Below are positions 9,677 through 18,072 of a stretch of 52,312 nt of DNA, piece by piece. A model generated the notes under the pieces. That model made no database searches. It had not been told where the DNA came from and saw nothing but the letters and a program-made list of their open reading frames with translations. Each line of letters opens with the position of its first letter. Position 1 is the stretch's first letter. A program made the position numbers and the translations under genes. Origin of the DNA: Promethearchaeota archaeon (GTDB lineage: Archaea; Asgardarchaeota; Lokiarchaeia; Sigyniarchaeales; SOKP01); NCBI GenBank assembly GCA_016840165.1, contig JAEOSU010000028.1, forward strand, positions 1 to 52,312, given 5' to 3'.

Positions 9677-11245
9677 TTAGAATAGTGCTTGAATAATAAC
9701 TAAGAAGAAAGGAATGATAGAAGTTGAGATTAATATAATCAAGCTCTTCATTGATTCAAGGTTAAAAGGCCAAGTTGAGAATTTTTCCATATTCTTTAAT
9801 ATGTAGAAGGCATTATCTAGGCGATCAAAATTAAAATTATCTTGAGTTTCGTTTTGCTCGGATGGTTCTGTGTTATTCTTTCCCTCTTCCAGTTTTTTAG
9901 GAAACTTCTCAATCTCAATATCTACTATCTTAGATAAATCCTCTTTAAATGTGTGGATATAGTTTCGCTGGCTTATATGTATATTCCATGCTCCTTTTAA
10001 AACTGCATAGAGAAAAACTATAAATACGACTAATCCTAACGAAACCCAACCATAACCAATGAAGTCATCCTGAAAGAGAGTTAAATAAAATAGCCCGATA
10101 ATTGCCACTACCGAGGTTGTAAGGAAGGGGATAATAGAAAATCGTACTATGTATCCTCCTACATAGTTAGGAAGCACAGCATTATAAATATTAAAATTTT
10201 CATTAAGAGGAAAATTTTTATTTCCTAAAATTCGAAAGCGTGAAATGAAAATTAAAAATTCAATACACATTATACTGATAATAAAAGTAGAATATGCGTA
10301 AAATAACCCTTCGATAACCGTATTCGCAATATCGACGAGATTAAAAGCAGAAGGAGGCTTGAAACTAGGAAATCTCTCTGCAAAATATCCCATATAGAAT
10401 TTTCCTGACCATGCAATAAAAAAGTCAAATATTGCTAAACCGAATGCGATAAGATACCATGGAATCTTGAAATAATTAGTTAATTTATTATAATAATACT
10501 TTTGCTCAAATTTTTCTTCATACTCTTTATCATCACTATTATATTTCTCTTCTTGAATTTTAGGCAGCTTTTCAAGAGAAGAATGAATGCGAGAACTTAT
10601 CCTCTTAATATTTAATTTTTCAATATTTTTCATTATTTTTGATAAATCTCGAAGAAAGAGAAGAGCCCAAGAAATAAAGTTATCTATATTCTTATTATTA
10701 TTTTTTTTTTCTTGCATTTTAATTACAATTTTAAGATTAACTCTTATTCGAGATATAATCTTCTTAATACTTTTGCTAAATTCTTTTTCGTCTTGAATTC
10801 GCGATAATTCCTCTAACATAGGGGGAATATCTAAAATTAAGTTCTCAATCGCTGCCTTACAAGTTATCTCGCATTTAATTTTAGATAATCTACTGATAAA
10901 ATATTTGATATAAAAGACAAATCTCTCAATATCCTCTATTTTATAGTTTTTTCTTTTTAGAATATCCTTAGCTTCCACAATAACCTTAGCTTTATGAAAT
11001 TGTACCCTTAAGTTGCCTCGTACATAAAAACTATATATAGTACTGAGGAATGCAGAGAAGTGAGTGGCTAAATAATAAATGAGGATTCTATCAAGACTAT
11101 AAAAATTAAGAATTATGGTAAAAATGAATAATACAGGATAAATTCCATAAAAAAAATAAGAGATATATTTTAATATTTTGCTAGTGTCTGCAGTCTCTGG
11201 ATCCTCATTAAGTTTGCCAAAGATAGGAACTAAAAATGGATTCAT
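9677..11245 (-). CDS. Multi-pass membrane protein with soluble insert of five ~27-aa helical repeats
   Basis: N- and C-terminal TM segments; repeats start at residues 106, 133, 160, 187 and 213. Confidence 0.75.
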   Translation of the reverse strand: MNPFLVPIFGKLNEDPETADTSKILKYISYFFYGIYPVLFIFTIILNFYSLDRILIYYLATHFSAFLSTIYSFYVRGNLRVQFHKAKVIVEAKDILKRKNYKIEDIERFVFYIKYFISRLSKIKCEITCKAAIENLILDIPPMLEELSRIQDEKEFSKSIKKIISRIRVNLKIVIKMQEKKNNNKNIDNFISWALLFLRDLSKIMKNIEKLNIKRISSRIHSSLEKLPKIQEEKYNSDDKEYEEKFEQKYYYNKLTNYFKIPWYLIAFGLAIFDFFIAWSGKFYMGYFAERFPSFKPPSAFNLVDIANTVIEGLFYAYSTFIISIMCIEFLIFISRFRILGNKNFPLNENFNIYNAVLPNYVGGYIVRFSIIPFLTTSVVAIIGLFYLTLFQDDFIGYGWVSLGLVVFIVFLYAVLKGAWNIHISQRNYIHTFKEDLSKIVDIEIEKFPKKLEEGKNNTEPSEQNETQDNFNFDRLDNAFYILKNMEKFSTWPFNLESMKSLIILISTSIIPFFLVIIQALF

Positions 11246-11409
11246 CCTTAAGGCTAGTTCGTCATTGATATATATAAATTTTTTTCATAAATGAAAATCA
11301 AATTCAAGAGAAAAAATAGAGAAAAAGGATATTCAATAAATTCAAATCCTCTATTTGTTTATAAAGAGGAAAGCGGGATCACAACATAAGAAATTAATAT
11401 AAGTGAGAA

Positions 11410-11634
11410 TTGAGTAAATTGAAATTGCCTAAAGAATTACAAGATAAAGGAAAAAGAAAAAAAATTATACCCCTTGTGCCAAAGAAATATGATTGTCCTG
11501 AATGTCATATTGAAATACAATGGACTCCTTCTAATGCTCCAAATATTTTCTTAGGAGTATGCCCTAGATGTGGAATGAATTTCAAGTATATGAATGGTAT
11601 GATAATTGGCGGACTCAAAGTTCCAAATCAATAG
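11410..11634 (+). CDS. Small zinc-ribbon protein
   Basis: CPEC...CPRC. Confidence 0.7.
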   Translation: MSKLKLPKELQDKGKRKKIIPLVPKKYDCPECHIEIQWTPSNAPNIFLGVCPRCGMNFKYMNGMIIGGLKVPNQ

Positions 11635-11715
11635 TAGTGAATATTATTTAAAATTAGCGATATTTGAGCCTTTTCACAATTTTTCTTTTAAAAAGTTAGA
11701 ATTGATCCAATTACT

Positions 11716-12477
11716 ATGTTCGAAGAATGGTGGTTTTATCTCGTAGTTTTTGGGATTTCGACCCTAATAATGTTTGTCTATCAGCTTAACTTAGGACCAT
11801 TCCGTACCATCCTCAATATATTGGGTTTTATTGGAGTAATCGTGCACGAATTAAGCCACTACCTTCTCTGTGTTCTGTTAGGAATAAAAGTAGAGAAGAT
11901 TGTTATCCGTTATCGTAGTCGGCTCACAGGAAGGGCTTCTCCTCATGGAGGTGTTGGACCAGAAGAACCTGATCGTATTACATTCCTTCAAGCACTCATG
12001 GTAACCCTTGCTCCATTATTCATCTCCAGTTGGTTAATTATCTTCTGTTTCGAGTTACTTCATATGCCTGGGATTGATGATCTTGTATATCTGGGGGTTA
12101 TTATTTTCATGATATCCTTATTTATCGGGAGCGCTCCTTCTACTGCGGACTTTTGGCAAGTGTATAAAGGTTTTACGCGTAGCCCCATCTATTCACTGTA
12201 TCAAATATTCCTTATTCTTCTTTCGACCCTTTCAGTATTTGGGCTGTTTTCCAGTTTTCAATGGACTTTTCCAAATGAGATTTTAAATTATATGGCACCA
12301 TATGTCTGTATCGGGCTTGGCTATTTTGCCTATAAATACTCCTTTCGCTTACTCAATAATGTATATCATAAATATTTTGGACGCAATCAACACACCTATA
12401 AGCATACTCGATTGACCCGTAAGCGCCATCGCCCCGTAAAAGCTCGAAAGATTGGTATCGAAGAACCCCATTGGTAA
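11716..12477 (+). CDS. M50-like / zincin membrane metallopeptidase
   Basis: VHELSH (HExxH) in a TM context, LAPL, SAPSTAD. Confidence 0.8.
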   Translation: MFEEWWFYLVVFGISTLIMFVYQLNLGPFRTILNILGFIGVIVHELSHYLLCVLLGIKVEKIVIRYRSRLTGRASPHGGVGPEEPDRITFLQALMVTLAPLFISSWLIIFCFELLHMPGIDDLVYLGVIIFMISLFIGSAPSTADFWQVYKGFTRSPIYSLYQIFLILLSTLSVFGLFSSFQWTFPNEILNYMAPYVCIGLGYFAYKYSFRLLNNVYHKYFGRNQHTYKHTRLTRKRHRPVKARKIGIEEPHW

Positions 12478-12579
12478 TAAAGCCTTATTAACTCTTTAAT
12501 AAAATTAATTGTCCCTTTAATAAGCTTAATACTTTAATATGGTTTATTTATAAAGAAAAACTGGTTCTTTAATTTTGAC

Positions 12580-12717
12580 ATGAGCGTTATAAAAATCATA
12601 ATCAAGGATTATTCTCCTTCACATGAGAATGTAAAAATAGAAATTCATCGCGAGGAGAAGAAGCAATCAATTAAAAATATAGATGTTGGAAGAATAACTT
12701 TAGATCGTTACATGTGA
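12580..12717 (+). CDS. Unlisted 45-aa ORF with PIP-like C-terminus
   Basis: MSVIKIIIKDYSPSHENVKIEIHREEKKQSIKNIDVGRITLDRYM*; TTTATAAA about 25 nt upstream (leaderless spacing). Confidence 0.5.
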   Translation: MSVIKIIIKDYSPSHENVKIEIHREEKKQSIKNIDVGRITLDRYM

Positions 12718-12842
12718 AGGTGCACCGATCCACAAGCCATTCTTCAACAGTATCTATATTTCATTTTTTTTATTTAAGAATTTTCTAGCGCTTCAATAAT
12801 CGATTAACATTTTTTGCTATATCAATTTTTCTTTTTATATAT

Positions 12843-13034
12843 ATGAAAATATTGTTTTGTAATCTAAAGTATGAGGTTCTACTAATGTGTGCAAAATATG
12901 AACAATCAGAAAAACTTTCCAAAGATATGCCCTTTGAGTCCTACAGCCTATTTGATTGTGTCCAGAATCATTATTCTGACCCCAGTCTATGGGATGAGGT
13001 AAAACAGCTTCACCGTCGTTCTGGTAAACTATAG
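12843..13034 (+). CDS. Small hypothetical protein
   Basis: Short ORF with plausible composition, no recognisable motif. Confidence 0.35.
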   Translation: MKILFCNLKYEVLLMCAKYEQSEKLSKDMPFESYSLFDCVQNHYSDPSLWDEVKQLHRRSGKL

Positions 13035-13071
13035 GAATATATATTAGATAAGATGGGTAAAATGAAGTAGT

Positions 13072-13764
13072 ATGAGAATAAGACAAAAGAGCATTGAAAA
13101 TTTACTTTTCCCTTGCTTACCAAGAAATATAAGATTATCTTGGTATGGAAGAATGGTTGGAGGGAAAGAGAAAATCATTAAGAGTATACTCTTTTCAGGA
13201 TATTTTCTCTATGTGGGATTATTAATTTTTGACATCATTTTAGCATCTATGTTTGGTTATAACATCGTAGTTCATTATATTAGCGAGTTAGGGGCAAGTC
13301 ATCTTATTCCCTTCCCGTTATTTCACGACTCGGTCGCAATCTTAGGGGGTATAGTTACAATTTTTAGCAACTTCTATTTTGCCAAACGCTTAAGAACTCA
13401 ATACCGTCCATCACAGTGTTCTAGGGTGTTTGTAAAGATAGGGTTCGCAAGTGGACTTGCGGGGGCAATAGGTTATATCTTCTTAGGCATCTTCAGTTTG
13501 GATCGTGCTGGTCCAAGAGAGATCTATCACGGACTAGCTTCTGGATCAGCATTTGGCGGATTTATTCTATCTATTTTTTTCTATAGTCTAAATATTTTAT
13601 TGACCCATAGGTGCAGGTTGAAGCGGGTTGGATTTTACGGGATCACCATTCCACTATTGTGTATGCTACTCTTTGTTCTAACCCATGCTCCGTTAGCTGA
13701 ATGGATTCTGTTATACTCCATTTTGCTTTTTTTATTACCTTTTAGTTATTATATCTTTACCTAA
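13072..13764 (+). CDS. DUF998-like membrane protein
   Basis: YISELG, GIFSLD, YHG and LAEW motifs; about six TMs. Confidence 0.7.
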   Translation: MRIRQKSIENLLFPCLPRNIRLSWYGRMVGGKEKIIKSILFSGYFLYVGLLIFDIILASMFGYNIVVHYISELGASHLIPFPLFHDSVAILGGIVTIFSNFYFAKRLRTQYRPSQCSRVFVKIGFASGLAGAIGYIFLGIFSLDRAGPREIYHGLASGSAFGGFILSIFFYSLNILLTHRCRLKRVGFYGITIPLLCMLLFVLTHAPLAEWILLYSILLFLLPFSYYIFT

Positions 13765-13853
13765 TCTTTTTTTCAAAAAAACATTTTTGCTTTGACAGCA
13801 AATCGTCCCATTTGTGGGATCTATTAATATCCAAAGACATAATTTTTCTTTAA

Positions 13854-14135
13854 ATGGATCTACTTTATCCTTCTCACATGAGTGATTTCATAATTATTTT
13901 CAAGGTTGTTGTAATAGTGATGTATTACTGTGGACTTGCGACGTTAATTGATGTGGTATGTAATGGAGCAGAGGAACTTCAATGCTGGAATTTCTTGAGT
14001 ACACCGTCGTTCTATGTAGAATTTCAAAGAAAGATAGATCTCACAGGATTATCTTACTGGAGGGTATTATTTGAACTTGAGAAAATAAGAATCCGCCAGC
14101 GCCTTAAGGAAATGTTACCACGTCGATTCTCGTAA
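13854..14135 (+). CDS. Small hypothetical protein
   Basis: ORF only; start uncertain. Confidence 0.4.
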   Translation: MDLLYPSHMSDFIIIFKVVVIVMYYCGLATLIDVVCNGAEELQCWNFLSTPSFYVEFQRKIDLTGLSYWRVLFELEKIRIRQRLKEMLPRRFS

Positions 14136-14299
14136 TTAGTCTATATAAAGGAGAAATTTTAGTGACAGAGTATAAATTACTTAAATGTCAAGGAGCAGAG
14201 ATTTATAAACTTCGCGGTGAATTCATATTCTATCCCAATTAAGGCAAAACGCGTGATGACCCATCTATTTTACTCCTAACTCTATTGCTTATATCATAG

Positions 14300-14487
14300 T
14301 TCACGCCGGTTGTCGGGAGCCCATCTTTTTCTCAAACCTCTTCTTAATAGCATTTGTGCCTTCTTTTTCTTGGAAGTAAGCGCCGTTCTTACTTCCTACT
14401 TCTATTATCTTTATTAGAGATAAAGCCATACTAGAATAAAAGCGTGAAGCGTGAATCCGATATAGTTCAGGAGGTTCGCAAGGCACA
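14300..14487. ncRNA. Candidate structured RNA element C (possible pseudoknot)
   Basis: Pairings 14300-14306/14442-14448 (or 14449-14455), 14372-14380/14388-14396, 14335-14340/14471-14476 and 14355-14362/14480-14487. Confidence 0.4.
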
Positions 14488-14579
14488 CCCCTAAAAAGAC
14501 CCACACACCAATGCCAATTAAATCTAACTTATCCATAGTTGTAATTTACTACTTATTGTTTAAAAAGAAAAAAAAAGAC

Positions 14580-14725
14580 TGATTCCTGTCAAGGTGACCT
14601 ATCGGGGTGGAGGTCATAAAAAATGGTTAAAAAAAGGGGCGTAGATTGGTAGAGGGGGACCAATCACTTATACAAAACAAGCCAAATATGGAAAGGATTT
14701 CAATTATGAAAATGACAGGAATCAT
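14580..14725 (-). ncRNA. Candidate structured RNA A
   Basis: Perfect 12-bp terminal stem 14580-14591/14713-14724 and two internal hairpins. On the minus strand, TTTATATA lies upstream and a U-tract downstream. Confidence 0.6.
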
Positions 14726-14794
14726 GTTCTCATTATATTCTGGATCTATATAAATAAAAAATATGTCTTGTATCCAAGTTTAAAAATTAAAGGG

Positions 14795-14918
14795 GACTCC
14801 TGCCACCATGACCTCAATACAAGGTCCATAATAAAATAGGGGGAGTAGGGCGAAATCAGGACTCTGAGCCGATCAGAGCCACCAAAAGACAAAAATCCAG
14901 GGCGGTAGCAGGAATCAT
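14795..14918 (-). ncRNA. Candidate structured RNA B (paralog of A)
   Basis: 13-bp terminal stem with two G-U pairs on the minus strand; same hairpin order and shared motifs as A. Confidence 0.6.
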
Positions 14919-15092
14919 GGTTGAATGGTGAATCTTTCCCTATTTTATTTTGAATTATGGGGTTAAGCAACAAAATTTTTTTGTCTTAGATAGTCTAATA
15001 GCCATTTACCCTAATAAATCTTTTGTCGATACAAAGTCATTGGTAGGAAGGTAGAAATTGAAAAACTTAAAAAAAGGATATTTTATTTACTC

Positions 15093-15182
15093 GAACCAAC
15101 CACGAAGTATGTTAGAACCCAAGAGTTAGGTATTAAGATCATTACCGAGCAAGAATTCCTCGAGATGCTCGAAAAGTCATAA
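15093..15182 (+). pseudogene. Orphan 3' end of a BRCT-domain gene (NAD-dependent ligase/RFC-like C-terminus)
   Basis: TTKYVRTQELGIKIITEQEFLEMLEKS* resembles the BRCT tail K-x-x-K-A-x-x-LG[IV]-x-I[IL]-x-E-x-x-F-x-x-[ML]-L. No upstream start codon; in-frame stop at 15015. Confidence 0.65.
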
Positions 15183-15198
15183 AAATCTTATTATTCCC

Positions 15199-16590
15199 TC
15201 ATTTTAAAGTATTCTTTTCAAATCTCGCTTGGAAAAATCGCAAATATTTTGGTTCATATACCATTCTTAATCCTGCAATTTGGTCTCGTTTCTCGAAGAG
15301 TCGGATTACTGAGTCCGCTGTATACTCCATGTGTGTATTAGTATACACTCTCCGTGGAATCGTTAGCCTAACTAATTCTAACTTTGGAAATATATTCTCT
15401 CCCGTCTCTTTATCACGTCCTTTTGAGATTGCCCCTCGTTCCATGCTTCTCACTCCTGAGTCTTCATAGATGGCTGCGGCTAAGGTCTGAGCGGGCCATT
15501 GGTCGCGTGGTATATGAGGCAAAAACTTAAGTGCATTAAGGAAGACTGCATGTCCGCCTGTAGGTTTAACGATAGGTACATTAGCATCCATTAACAACTC
15601 GCCAAGATAGCGAACTTGATTTATACGGTATTTGAGGTAATTATAGTCAGCCCCCTCCTTCAGACCACGTGCTACGGCTTCTAAATCTCGCCCCGAAAGT
15701 CCGCCGTAGGTGTGGAGCCCCTCATAAACCACGACCATATTTCGGGTAGCCTCGAAGATCTCCTGATCGTTTGTAGCGAGAAAGCCACCTATATTGACTA
15801 AACAATCTTTCTTAGAGCTATATATACAACCATCGGAATAGCTCATCATTTCACGTAAAATTTCAATGATTGGTGTATTCTCATATCCTTTCTCACGTTC
15901 TCGAATAAAGTATGCATTTTCACTGGAACGTGTTGCGTCATATATGATTTTTAGCTTATAATCATTACAAAATTCTCGTAATTTTCGTAGATTTTCCATT
16001 GAGACGGGCTGTCCGCCAGCCATGTTCACATCTTGCTCAACATTCACAAATGCTATTTTATCGACGCCATATTCATCAATATAACCTTGTAGTTTTTTAA
16101 AATCTACATTTCCCTTAAAGGAGTGTTCATTCTCAGGATCATGAGCTTCATCAATGATACAATCAACCATTTTGCCTCCAGGTAATTCCACATGCAATTT
16201 TGAGGTAGTAAAGTACATATTACGGGGTACAATCTGTCCGGGTTTTACTAAATGACTATACATCAAATGTTCTGCGCCACGGCCTTGATGTGTTGGAACC
16301 ATATACTTATAGCCCAACACGTCTTGAACTGACTTTTCTAAATTATAAAAATTACGGGCACCAGCATAGGCTTCATCGCCTATCATCAAACCTGCCCATT
16401 GATTATCGGACATTGCGGATGTTCCCGAATCAGTAAGTAAATCAATAAATACATCCTCAGACTTTAATAAAAAAGTATTATATCCTGCCTCTCTAATCGC
16501 TTCTGCTCTTCTTTTTTCATCCGGCATACCAACATGTTCAATAACTTTTATCTTAAATGGTTCAACGGGTCCTTTCATAATATTATTCAC
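15199..16590 (-). CDS. tpl: Tyrosine phenol-lyase (beta-eliminating PLP lyase)
   Basis: DLLTDSGT, THQGRGAE and SSKKD (PLP Lys). TPL-type determinants NMYFTT, SMERG and LRFF rather than tryptophanase FDTT/LRHF. Confidence 0.85.
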   Translation of the reverse strand: MNNIMKGPVEPFKIKVIEHVGMPDEKRRAEAIREAGYNTFLLKSEDVFIDLLTDSGTSAMSDNQWAGLMIGDEAYAGARNFYNLEKSVQDVLGYKYMVPTHQGRGAEHLMYSHLVKPGQIVPRNMYFTTSKLHVELPGGKMVDCIIDEAHDPENEHSFKGNVDFKKLQGYIDEYGVDKIAFVNVEQDVNMAGGQPVSMENLRKLREFCNDYKLKIIYDATRSSENAYFIREREKGYENTPIIEILREMMSYSDGCIYSSKKDCLVNIGGFLATNDQEIFEATRNMVVVYEGLHTYGGLSGRDLEAVARGLKEGADYNYLKYRINQVRYLGELLMDANVPIVKPTGGHAVFLNALKFLPHIPRDQWPAQTLAAAIYEDSGVRSMERGAISKGRDKETGENIFPKLELVRLTIPRRVYTNTHMEYTADSVIRLFEKRDQIAGLRMVYEPKYLRFFQARFEKNTLK

Positions 16591-16596
16591 ACACCA

Positions 16597-16620
16597 ATAT
16601 ACTTACTTGAATAAGTATAT
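16597..16620. promoter_or_regulatory. Inverted repeat directly upstream of tpl
   Basis: ATATACTTA-N6-TAAGTATAT, perfect 9-bp arms. Confidence 0.5.
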
Positions 16621-16784
16621 GTGACTTGAAAAAGGTTTCTGTAATTTCTTCCCATGATTTTCCCATTCTATTTATAAATTCTTCGAATTACCTTGCAAGA
16701 TTAACTATTTTTATCTTTGAAGGAAAAGCGAGAATATTAATCAATTACTCGAGAAAAAATTAGTGAAATTCAGATAATTAGGTT

Positions 16785-17615
16785 TTATTTTTTCCTTTTT
16801 CTTGCTTTTAGGGAAAACATCATTGGTATTGAATGCTTGAATGTCTGAAATTCCCAGTATCCATCCTTTCTCCTTTTCATATCCGGATGAATTTTAAAAA
16901 AGGAAAATGGAAACTCGTGTAAGAAGAGAAGTTCAAAGTTTACATTTAATAGAGAGTTTACTATGTCCTGCATTGGATGAAACCAGTCATAAGTAGTTTT
17001 ATTTACTAATTTCTCATTAGTGTCGACATATATAACATCATCATCAAAACGATAAGGTTTTCCCTCATTAAAATAATCATATCCAATTCTAAATTCCTCT
17101 TTATATTTTTCATCAATTAAATTCCCAAAAGGATGGTTCTCGACTATATAAAATATACCCCCAGGTTTTAAGAACATTTCAATGATTTGTGCCCATTTTG
17201 ACAAATCAGGAAGCCATCCTATTACCCCATAAGATGTGAAGATTATATCGAACGTAGTGTCTAACACTTTAGGTAAATCATAAATATTTGAGTGAATAAA
17301 GGTAGCAGGAATATTTAACTCCTTACTTAGAGTTTTTGCTAACTGAATCGCGCTTTCAGAGAAATCGACTCCAGTTACCTTCGCACCCTCACGAGCCCAA
17401 GAGAGAGTATCCATCCCAAAATGACATTGTAAATGAAGTAAGGTTTTTCCCTTAACATCTGTAAGTTCTTCTTTTTCAATTGATAAAAGTGATGTCTTTC
17501 CAGCTTTAAATCCCTCTAAATCGTAGAATTTCGACTTAGCATTAATATTTACTAATTCATTCCAGCGTTTTAAGTTAGCATTAAAATATTTTTTGTATTG
17601 CTCCATAAAAGTCAC
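16785..17615 (-). CDS. Class I SAM-dependent methyltransferase
   Basis: LLHLQCHFGMDTLS, VTGVDFS, LKPGG. Confidence 0.9.
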   Translation of the reverse strand: MTFMEQYKKYFNANLKRWNELVNINAKSKFYDLEGFKAGKTSLLSIEKEELTDVKGKTLLHLQCHFGMDTLSWAREGAKVTGVDFSESAIQLAKTLSKELNIPATFIHSNIYDLPKVLDTTFDIIFTSYGVIGWLPDLSKWAQIIEMFLKPGGIFYIVENHPFGNLIDEKYKEEFRIGYDYFNEGKPYRFDDDVIYVDTNEKLVNKTTYDWFHPMQDIVNSLLNVNFELLFLHEFPFSFFKIHPDMKRRKDGYWEFQTFKHSIPMMFSLKARKRKK

Positions 17616-17621
17616 TATCCT

Positions 17622-18041
17622 TTATAGCGATATTTTGTTTAAATCCTTCTCAGAATCAGCTTTACCACTAAGAATTGAAGATTTACATTTAAAATTCTCA
17701 AAATTAAGGTTTGACTCTGGAGCGATTATACAATTTTCTAGTTTTAAATTATTGCCAAGAGTGGCATTATCAAAAATAATTGTGTTTGAAAGCTCAACAT
17801 AATCACCAATCTTCACATTCGACCCAATATAGACATTTGGTCCGAGAAGGACATCATCTCCAATCTCAACATTACGCTCTAAATAAACAGGTTCTATAAA
17901 AGTTGGAAAATCTCCTATATAGGTGTTAATATGGTTTGAGATTTTCGAAAAAAACGATCTGAGCATATTTTTCAGCTCATTTTTGGAAATTTTGTTTGGA
18001 TCTTCCAAGATCTTTTGAATATTTTCTAATTGTTCTTTCAT
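17622..18041 (-). CDS. Stand-alone left-handed beta-helix (hexapeptide repeat) protein
   Basis: VEIGDDVLLGPNVYIGSNVKIGDYVEL repeats; no nucleotidyltransferase domain. Confidence 0.8.
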   Translation of the reverse strand: MKEQLENIQKILEDPNKISKNELKNMLRSFFSKISNHINTYIGDFPTFIEPVYLERNVEIGDDVLLGPNVYIGSNVKIGDYVELSNTIIFDNATLGNNLKLENCIIAPESNLNFENFKCKSSILSGKADSEKDLNKISL

Positions 18042-18072
18042 TTAAACTCAATCCTTTTTATTCATTCCTTAT

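Noticed and set aside
14233-14239. Box C motif (GTGATGA) suggesting a C/D sRNA
   Set aside because: No CTGA box D at a suitable distance
14580-14918. Identification as tRNA, SRP RNA, RNase P RNA, SECIS or Y RNA
   Set aside because: No cloverleaf or T-loop and no SRP or RNase P consensus. No Ro-binding bulged helix and no TROVE gene in the window.
14301-14973. ORF-track entries 14301-14504 and 14746-14973 as proteins
   Set aside because: Non-ATG starts, no motifs, and they overlap the structured elements
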